Positions 26,864 through 33,467 of a stretch of 33,467 nucleotides of DNA are shown here, in pieces. The first letter of the stretch is position 1. Every line of letters begins with the position of its first letter. The notes beneath the pieces are model-generated. The model was not told the DNA's origin. It saw only the letters and a program-made list of their open reading frames with translations, and searched no databases. Where the stretch lies: assembly GCA_030637365.1 (NCBI GenBank), contig DAOWGR010000088.1, forward strand, positions 1-33,467. Reading direction: 5' to 3'. The position numbers were made by a program, and so were the translations under genes. Source of the DNA: Elusimicrobiota bacterium (lineage in GTDB: Bacteria; Elusimicrobiota; Elusimicrobia; Elusimicrobiales; UBA9959).

Positions 26864-28441
26864 TCAATTAATGTTTAACAGACTGTTTTCCACGGCTTTT
26901 ATGGCGTCAACCGCCGAACTTGTTATGCCGCCGGTATAGCCGGACCCTTCGCCTATCGGATATAAATTTTTCATATTTAGCGATTCATGGTTTTTGCCTC
27001 GCGTAATTCTGATAGGGCACGATGTCCTTGTTTCGGGGGCAAGCAATATCGCTTGGCTTGAAACAAATATCGGATAATTTTCTTTCCATTTATTAAACGC
27101 TCTTTTAAGGACAATGCGTATGAATTTGGGGAATATTTTATTCATATTAACGGATATTGTTCCCGTTTTGCATGAATTTTTATTTAATTTCAGGGACGAT
27201 TTTTCATGTAAAAAATCCATTAGATTTTGCGCCGGGACTTTCCATTTTCCGCCCGCCGCGTTAAAAGCTTTCCTTTCCATGTTTTTTTGAAACGCGATGC
27301 CGGCCAAGGGATGGTTTGATTTATAATCTTCTTTGTGGCAGGTTATGACAATGGCTGAATTTGAAAATGCGGACGCTCTGTTTGAATAGCTCATGCCGTT
27401 TACAACCAGCAGGCCGTTTTCAGATGAAGCGTTTACTATTTCTCCGCCGGGGCACATGCAAAATGTATAAGCGCCGCGCTTTATTTTTTTGTCGGTATAG
27501 GTAAAAGAATAAGCGGCGGCTCCTATGGCGGAAACATTTTTATATTTATGGCCGTATCTTATGAGATTGATTGTTTCGGCGGGATGTTCCAGCCTAACGC
27601 CTACGGCAATCTCTTTTTGCTCAATCGCAATGCCTTTTTTATGAATCATTTCAAATGTGTCGCGGGCTGAATGTCCCACCGCGAGATAAATAATTGAGGA
27701 GTGATACTCCTTTTCGCCGTTTATAATTATGCCCGAAACTTTATTTCCCGATATAATCATATCTGTCATTTTTGAGTTATAGTGTATTTCGCCGCCGCGC
27801 TCAAGGATATAATTTCTTATATTGCGCGTTATTTTGCATAATACATCCGTTCCCAAATGAGGTTTGCTGATATAGTCTATTTCTTCGGGCGCGCCGAATT
27901 TTATGAAAGTGTCCAGCACTTTGTTTAAGTTTTCAGAATTTTTTATTCTGGAAAACAATTTGCCGTCCGAATATGAACCGGCCCCGCCTTCGCCGAATTG
28001 GATATTTGATTCGGAATTTAATGTTCCCTCTTTAATAAATTTTTGAATATCAATGGAACGGTCTTCTATTTTTTTGCCTCTTTCAAATATTAAAGGTTTT
28101 ATTCCGTATTCAAGAAGTTCAAGAGCGGCGAATATGCCGGCGGGGCCGAAACCGATTATTATCGGCTTGTCTTTAAGTTTTTTTTCTTTCTTGGCAGGTT
28201 TTATGTTTTCTGCGTACGGGAGAAAGTTTTTTTTATTATTGAAGCCGGCGGGAACGCCTGCGGCTATTGAGATTTCATAGTAGAATTGTCTTTTATCGCG
28301 GGCGTCAAGGGATTTGCTAAGTATTTTAATGAATTTTATATGTCCCCTGCTAATCACCAATTTATCGGAAGCGGCTTTTATATATTCGTTTATATCGTCT
28401 TTTTCAACGGGCACTCTTAGATTGTTTATTATTAAATTCAT
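26864..28441 (-). CDS. FAD-dependent oxidoreductase (uncharacterised dehydrogenase family)
   Basis: IIIGFGPAG, GEGGAGSYSDGKL, FCMCPGG, GEGSGYTGGITSSAVD. Likely start is ATG 28441. Confidence 0.88.
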   Translation of the reverse strand: MNLIINNLRVPVEKDDINEYIKAASDKLVISRGHIKFIKILSKSLDARDKRQFYYEISIAAGVPAGFNNKKNFLPYAENIKPAKKEKKLKDKPIIIGFGPAGIFAALELLEYGIKPLIFERGKKIEDRSIDIQKFIKEGTLNSESNIQFGEGGAGSYSDGKLFSRIKNSENLNKVLDTFIKFGAPEEIDYISKPHLGTDVLCKITRNIRNYILERGGEIHYNSKMTDMIISGNKVSGIIINGEKEYHSSIIYLAVGHSARDTFEMIHKKGIAIEQKEIAVGVRLEHPAETINLIRYGHKYKNVSAIGAAAYSFTYTDKKIKRGAYTFCMCPGGEIVNASSENGLLVVNGMSYSNRASAFSNSAIVITCHKEDYKSNHPLAGIAFQKNMERKAFNAAGGKWKVPAQNLMDFLHEKSSLKLNKNSCKTGTISVNMNKIFPKFIRIVLKRAFNKWKENYPIFVSSQAILLAPETRTSCPIRITRGKNHESLNMKNLYPIGEGSGYTGGITSSAVDAIKAVENSLLNIN

Positions 28442-28533
28442 TAAATATAGTCCGTTAATACACTGTTGCTTTTTTTCTTTGTGCCTGTCCGATAATTGCT
28501 CTCCCGAATCGGAAATTTGCGGAAGCAAATTAC

Positions 28534-29211
28534 TTATTCGGGAGTGGATTGGGTAGCATAAATGGCTTTTACGCAATTGAGATAATGCCGGCGTTTTTCC
28601 TCGGGAAAATTCTCATATCTTAATTCCACGGCTTTTCCCGCTCCAAACATGGCATTGTCTATGGGAAATAATTTATCAAATTCTTCAGGCAGAAATTCTT
28701 TTTTAATCTCTATTCTAAGCCCATAGCTCGGAATAAAAGTGAGGCAATATACCCATTTTTGAGTTGACGGATTACAAAGTTTAAGCGCCGGACCGGGATT
28801 GTTGCCGGTGGAGGATTTCATTTCCCATGTTTTGCCGGGGATGTCGCCGGCTATGTCCAATAATTCCCGCCAGAAAATTCTAAAAGCTTCTTCCGAAGCG
28901 GGATATCTGACAGCGATATGTTTTAAAAATTTATCAAATTCATAACGGATATGCGCGGGATCAATTATTCTTCGGGATGTTTTTTTGGGTTTTTCTTTTT
29001 CATCGGTTTTTACTTGCTCTATCAATTCTTTAAGACTTGATGTTTCTTCTTGTGACGCTTGCTCAAGATATTGGGCGCGAAAGGTTATTTTATATCCGCC
29101 TTTTGCGGGATAGATGGTTACATTTTCACCGATAACTTTTATAACTATGCCGAAACTTTTATTTATTGTGTTTTTTACCACGGAATATTGCTCGAATTTG
29201 GGTGTTTCCAT
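28534..29211 (-). CDS. Hypothetical soluble protein
   Basis: Long ORF co-oriented with downstream genes. ATG 29211 follows GAGG. No family recognised. Confidence 0.7.
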   Translation of the reverse strand: METPKFEQYSVVKNTINKSFGIVIKVIGENVTIYPAKGGYKITFRAQYLEQASQEETSSLKELIEQVKTDEKEKPKKTSRRIIDPAHIRYEFDKFLKHIAVRYPASEEAFRIFWRELLDIAGDIPGKTWEMKSSTGNNPGPALKLCNPSTQKWVYCLTFIPSYGLRIEIKKEFLPEEFDKLFPIDNAMFGAGKAVELRYENFPEEKRRHYLNCVKAIYATQSTPE

Positions 29212-29269
29212 TTTTAGGGCCTCAGTAATATAATACAGAATATAGAGGGCGGAGAAAATAGCGTGACAG

Positions 29270-29332
29270 TTCAACTCACTAATCACTTGCCACTAGACAC
29301 TTGTGCCACTTGTCACTAATCACTAAACACTG
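29270..29332. repeat. Degenerate heptamer tandem array
   Basis: tcactaa/tcacttg/ccactag/acacttg/ccacttg/tcactaa/tcactaa/acactg units. Confidence 0.7.
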
Positions 29333-29489
29333 ATATGGCTGAAAGCGGGATAGCGCGTATAAAAGGTGCCCATGCAGTCTATAGGTCTTTTTATCACCGT
29401 AAATTAGGCCTTTGGACACTTAGCTGCTTGCGCGTATTCCGGTACAATATAAATAATATCAGGAGCATAAATAAGAAAGGAGAATCTAT

Positions 29490-30758
29490 ATGAAAAGAAT
29501 TATATTAGCGGTAGCGATGGTTTTCTCAATGTCAGCCATATCTTTGGCGGAAAATAATTTTTTGCTGAACTCAAGGACAATTTTGCAATCAATGGATATG
29601 GATAATGCCATAGCAATTGAAGATGTTTCACTTCCAAATCCCGCTTATGCTATTGCCGCGCGGTCCAAATCTCCGGTTATTTCTCCGGCGCTTGATTTAA
29701 GCGTCAAAATTCCTTTTGCCATGATTAGGCAGAGCATGACCGAAGGGGAAGATGTTAGCTTGGTTGATTCTTCCAAGCCGATTTTAAAGCGTGAGGGCAA
29801 TCATTTGATTTTAAGCAATATAAAAGTGAATATCAGCGGAGTGGGGGTTAAGCCGATAATATTTATCAAACCATGGTTTGAAAGCAAGAATAACTTGGCT
29901 ATCAAGTTCCTCAAATTGGATTTTGATTTTGGTTTGGGCCTAAAAGCGGGTTTTCCGATTTTTGGCAAAGATGAGGCAATGTCGTATTTGGCCAATTTAG
30001 TCACGGAGCGCATCACGGAAAGCGTAAATGAAGCTTTTATAGAAAATGAAGTTCCTCTTAAATCCGAAGATGTTTTTATTTTTTCTTATGATCCTGAAGC
30101 ATGGATTTTGCGCGTGAGCATATCTCCGGACTTTGTGGCGCCTTTGCTTCCCGGATTAATAGATAATATCAGTTTGACCGCTTTTGACTTTGACGATAAA
30201 AATTTTATTATGGGCGTGAATTCCGGTGTCGCCGAGATAAAACAGCTTAAAGGCTATAATATGGCGATTAGCGATGGTTTGATTACAAACTTTTTGGTCA
30301 AAAACATGGAAGATCCCACAATTGACTTCAGTTCCAATGTTAAAAACGGCGGTCTTCAATTTCGCGATGACGGACAAATTGAATTGACAGGCAAGGCGAA
30401 AGTGGATGCTCTTCCTTTTGATCCCAAAGTGTATTTTACGGTTGATATAAAGCCGACTTTAGCGGCTCCGAATACCATTAGATTCTCCATTGAAAAAATA
30501 AAAGTGAACAGGATTTACGGAATGAATTTTATGGGTTCAATAATCGGGGTATTGGAAAGAATGATTATTTCATCGGCTGTTGATGATATAGTGAAAAATC
30601 CGGAACTTGCCAAGGTTATGTCCGTTCGCAAAATTGACAGAAAGACTGTTGAATTAAAACTTGAGGATAAAGCTTTTCTGCCCGCTTTTGCCAAGGGTGC
30701 GGTAATCAATAATTTGCTTGTTAAACATGGCTTGATATATTTGGGTTTTGAATTTTAA
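29490..30758 (+). CDS. Exported hypothetical protein, probably two TULIP-like (helix-wrapped beta-sheet) domains
   Basis: AAGGAGA RBS and signal peptide (MKRIILAVAMVFSMSAISLA). The N-terminal half is paralogous to the next gene. The fold is inferred. Confidence 0.7.
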   Translation: MKRIILAVAMVFSMSAISLAENNFLLNSRTILQSMDMDNAIAIEDVSLPNPAYAIAARSKSPVISPALDLSVKIPFAMIRQSMTEGEDVSLVDSSKPILKREGNHLILSNIKVNISGVGVKPIIFIKPWFESKNNLAIKFLKLDFDFGLGLKAGFPIFGKDEAMSYLANLVTERITESVNEAFIENEVPLKSEDVFIFSYDPEAWILRVSISPDFVAPLLPGLIDNISLTAFDFDDKNFIMGVNSGVAEIKQLKGYNMAISDGLITNFLVKNMEDPTIDFSSNVKNGGLQFRDDGQIELTGKAKVDALPFDPKVYFTVDIKPTLAAPNTIRFSIEKIKVNRIYGMNFMGSIIGVLERMIISSAVDDIVKNPELAKVMSVRKIDRKTVELKLEDKAFLPAFAKGAVINNLLVKHGLIYLGFEF

Positions 30759-30779
30759 CCGCATTAGGAGATGGTTGTT

Positions 30780-31553
30780 ATGAAGAAAGCCGCTGAAAAA
30801 TTCGGGAAACATATGGTGGTAAGTATTATTGCGGTTGTCGCGGTGTTTATGGCTGTGAGATATGTTTCGGCCGAGAACTTTAATCTTAACGGTATCGGCG
30901 CGGATGCTATTCTTCAATCTGAATTATCAGGCGATATATTGCCCGCATACGCGTCTAAATCTGTTCGGAAAAATGACGATATGGTTGATATGAATTTTTC
31001 CGTTCGGATACCGTTTAAGGCCGTTAAAAAGGCGTTTCTTAGCGCGGCCGCGTCCAATAAGCGGCTTAGTATGATAAATCCTGCAAGTCCGATTATTGTT
31101 CAGGAGGGAGATTTATTGGTGATTAAGAATATTCGCGTTGATATTGGGGGTATTATCGCGGAACCTGTTGTCAGACTTAAGCCTTATGTCGCGGGTAAAG
31201 GCGCTTTGAATATTGTAATTGAAAGAATTAAAATACATGTTTCCATGACGCCGTCCAAGTCAGCCGCCGTTCCCGAGTTTTTTAGTCAGGAAGAAATAAT
31301 GGCGGAGATTATGGATACGGCCATTAAAGGCATTATGGAAGAGATAGACAGACAATTGATTGAAGAAAAGATGCCGTTTAGAGCGGATGAAATGCTATCT
31401 CTTGAGTATGATGAGGCTTCGTGGATATTTCGCGTTATTGTTTCTCCCAAGCTTTTTAATCGCTTGTTGCCTCAGATGGTTGGAGAGACTTGTTTTACCG
31501 GATTCAGTTTTAATGATTCCGCCATATTTATTAATATCGGAACGGAGAAATAA
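30780..31553 (+). CDS. Exported hypothetical protein, paralogue of the upstream gene
   Basis: AGGAG lies 9 nt before ATG 30780; signal peptide; SVRIPF vs SVKIPF and YDEASWIFRV vs YDPEAWILRV. Confidence 0.72.
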   Translation: MKKAAEKFGKHMVVSIIAVVAVFMAVRYVSAENFNLNGIGADAILQSELSGDILPAYASKSVRKNDDMVDMNFSVRIPFKAVKKAFLSAAASNKRLSMINPASPIIVQEGDLLVIKNIRVDIGGIIAEPVVRLKPYVAGKGALNIVIERIKIHVSMTPSKSAAVPEFFSQEEIMAEIMDTAIKGIMEEIDRQLIEEKMPFRADEMLSLEYDEASWIFRVIVSPKLFNRLLPQMVGETCFTGFSFNDSAIFINIGTEK

Positions 31554-31582
31554 GCGCGAAAGAACCATCATATTTAAAGAGA

Positions 31583-31628
31583 AATAAAAAAATCCCGACA
31601 GGTTTAATTGTCTGCCGGGATTTTTATT
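31583..31628. terminator. Bidirectional intrinsic terminator between convergent genes
   Basis: A-run, then stem atcccgacag / ctgccgggat, then T-run. Confidence 0.75.
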
Positions 31629-31665
31629 AGTAATTGGATGTTTTATTTGGCGCCGCTTTGTGATT

Positions 31666-32364
31666 TTATCGTCCGCTTCTTCCACCGCTTCTATTGCGTT
31701 GGATATTTCTATTGCGGTTTTGCATTCTTTCGCCTTTGCGCTGCATTTTTTCGCCGCGATTTTGCATTCTTTTGCCCTTACGCTCCATTTTTTCGCCTTT
31801 TTCATTCATTTTTTCGGCGGCGCGATTAAGTTTATCGGCGGCCTTATCATGGCCAAGCTCCGATTGTCTTTCCGCTTTGCGCTCCATTTTTTCGCTTTTA
31901 TTCTGCCATTTTTCGCCGCGATTTTCTTTTCTTTCTCCCTTGTGTTCCAATTTTTCGCCTTTGCGCTCCATTTTTTTACCAAGGGTTTTTAATCGTTTGG
32001 CTTTTCTCACAGCTTTCATTTTCTTAAAAGCCGTCCTTTCTTTTTTGCTTATTTTGCCGTTTCCGTCGGTGTCCATGTGTTTCTTTTTAAGAGCTTTTTG
32101 TTTTTTCTCGTTTTTATTAAACGCCTTTTTTTCTTTTTTGCTTATTTTGCCGTTTCCATTTGTGTCCATTTGTTTCTTTCTGAAAGCGGCTCTCTCGGTT
32201 TTATTCATTTCATCCATGGAGTCATTGGCTTCTTGCCATGCGTGATATTCCATTTGCTCTTGGTTTTGCTCTTTGTTTGATTCTTTATTTTGTTCTTGGG
32301 CGCGCAGTAAAACGCCGGAGCAAAAAAAGATACCTATTACCGCTACTGTTATTTTTATTTTCAT
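31666..32364 (-). CDS. Secreted Lys/Arg-rich protein with two EF-hand-like loops and heptad repeats
   Basis: AAGGAGA RBS, signal peptide, DTNGNGKISKKE and DTDGNGKISKKE, GEKMERK-type 7-aa repeats. Confidence 0.8.
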   Translation of the reverse strand: MKIKITVAVIGIFFCSGVLLRAQEQNKESNKEQNQEQMEYHAWQEANDSMDEMNKTERAAFRKKQMDTNGNGKISKKEKKAFNKNEKKQKALKKKHMDTDGNGKISKKERTAFKKMKAVRKAKRLKTLGKKMERKGEKLEHKGERKENRGEKWQNKSEKMERKAERQSELGHDKAADKLNRAAEKMNEKGEKMERKGKRMQNRGEKMQRKGERMQNRNRNIQRNRSGGRSGR

Positions 32365-32433
32365 TTTATCTCCTTTATGACGGCAGATTAAGATTAAGGT
32401 TTAGATTTGCCTGCAATCTGCCGTTCTGTTTTA

Positions 32434-33180
32434 TTATATGGGTTTTAAGAGCGCCGGCCACATGGGAATAAGCGAGCGGACAAAAGCTTTGGTTACGCCG
32501 GACATTGCCGATGAAATATCAAAACCTTCATAACTCATGGACGCCGACCACATGACTGAACCTGTTTCTATGTCCACCATGCGCGATATCAGGGATGTGC
32601 TGGCCGCGGTGGTTACCAAATGGGAATTGGGCACGCCCATAACCGAGCCTTCCGAACGCATAGTGCTGCCGGCCACTTTTTTTACTTTGTTTAGCGAAAT
32701 CCCTTGGGACGCGCTTATAAGATAGCTTGTTGCCGGAGTATTTTCAACTACGGAACCGAGAAACAGCGCGTCCACACCAAGCAAATTGCCGATTTTTTTC
32801 GCGGTGGTTCTGTCAAAACCGCTGGAAGCGGTAAGCTGGTGTTCTTTTAGAATGGAGTCTAATTGTTGGCGTTCAACAACATCTATTCCGTGCGCGAGCA
32901 GGTTTTGAGTCATAAGATCGGCGGCAATATTTCCTTTATGTCCATTGAATGTCATTACGGCGACGCGGCTAATGCCGGAAAAATCAGCTCGCGGGTTAAT
33001 GGCAACCTGCGGAGTGGCGCAGCCCGCGGAAAAAATGGCTATGACTAGTGTAGCAACAAAGAAGTTTTGAAAGTATTTCAGGAATTTAGAATTGTTCCTT
33101 ATTCCTATTTGCCTGGTTGCCGAATTACCTAGTTGCCTAATTATAAGTAGTAGAGGTGTGTTTCTCATTAAATTTTTCAT
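32434..33180 (-). CDS. CsgG/HfaB-like lipoprotein
   Basis: Lipobox FSAGC; RVAVMTF, VVERQQLDSILKEHQL, KIGNLLGVDALFLGSV, RMVDIETGSVMWS. The ATG overlaps the upstream stop (ATGA); the true start is uncertain. Confidence 0.75.
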   Translation of the reverse strand: MKNLMRNTPLLLIIRQLGNSATRQIGIRNNSKFLKYFQNFFVATLVIAIFSAGCATPQVAINPRADFSGISRVAVMTFNGHKGNIAADLMTQNLLAHGIDVVERQQLDSILKEHQLTASSGFDRTTAKKIGNLLGVDALFLGSVVENTPATSYLISASQGISLNKVKKVAGSTMRSEGSVMGVPNSHLVTTAASTSLISRMVDIETGSVMWSASMSYEGFDISSAMSGVTKAFVRSLIPMWPALLKPI

Positions 33181-33467
33181 TTTGCCCTCAAAAAATGAAG
33201 ATGTTTAATCGCGGTCTCGCGCATCTTTTTTTTAACGGCATTATCAAGGCAGGCTTGCCACGCGGATATGGCTTTGTTTTTCAGTCCTTTTTTTTCATAA
33301 ATAAGCCCAAGCATGAAATGAGCTTTGGCCTTTTTGGGGTTTAAACGAACCGCGGTTTCAAAAGCTTTTTGCGCTTCATTTATTTTTTTCAGTTTGCTGT
33401 AAATAAAACCAAGCTGAGTATACAGTTCAACATTTTTTGGCTCTTGTTTTATTTTTTCTTCACTCAT
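33177..33467 (-). CDS. Tetratricopeptide repeat protein (possibly 5'-truncated at window edge)
   Basis: LYTQLGFIY...AQKAFETAVRLNP and AHFMLGLIY...AISAWQ are TPR units. Confidence 0.85.
   Translation of the reverse strand: MSEEKIKQEPKNVELYTQLGFIYSKLKKINEAQKAFETAVRLNPKKAKAHFMLGLIYEKKGLKNKAISAWQACLDNAVKKKMRETAIKHLHFLRAK

Noticed and set aside
31608-32280. Several hydrophobic plus-strand ORFs
   Set aside because: Antisense shadows of the Lys-rich repeat gene, which has an RBS and signal peptide.

Overview
AT-rich bacterial chromosomal window from a diderm organism. Gene style suggests Elusimicrobiota, but this is inference only. Left to right it carries: the 3' end of an NAD(P)HX epimerase, a receiver-only response regulator, a short tilS, a GT-C-type membrane glycosyltransferase, a Cache-only membrane sensor, two GH13 enzymes, comF, and an ~1790-aa SprA/Sov-like giant outer-membrane barrel divergent from lptF/lptG. 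These are followed by radC, a macro-domain protein, YihY/BrkB, a sugar ABC transporter divergent from a GH130 enzyme, a YgjP-like protein, a DAACS symporter, an FAD oxidoreductase, a hypothetical protein, two paralogous exported TULIP-like proteins, and a TPR / CsgG-like lipoprotein / secreted EF-hand heptad-repeat protein cluster. I see no rRNA, tRNA, transposase or CRISPR-cas. The most notable items are the orphan T9SS-translocon-like barrel next to lptFG and comF, two GC-rich intergenic elements with extensive strand-specific (G-U) pairing at ~7743-7868 and ~15383-15613, and short palindromes and 7-8-nt tandem repeats that fill operon spacers and enter reading frames. All calls come from reading motifs by eye; no searches or folding programs were run.
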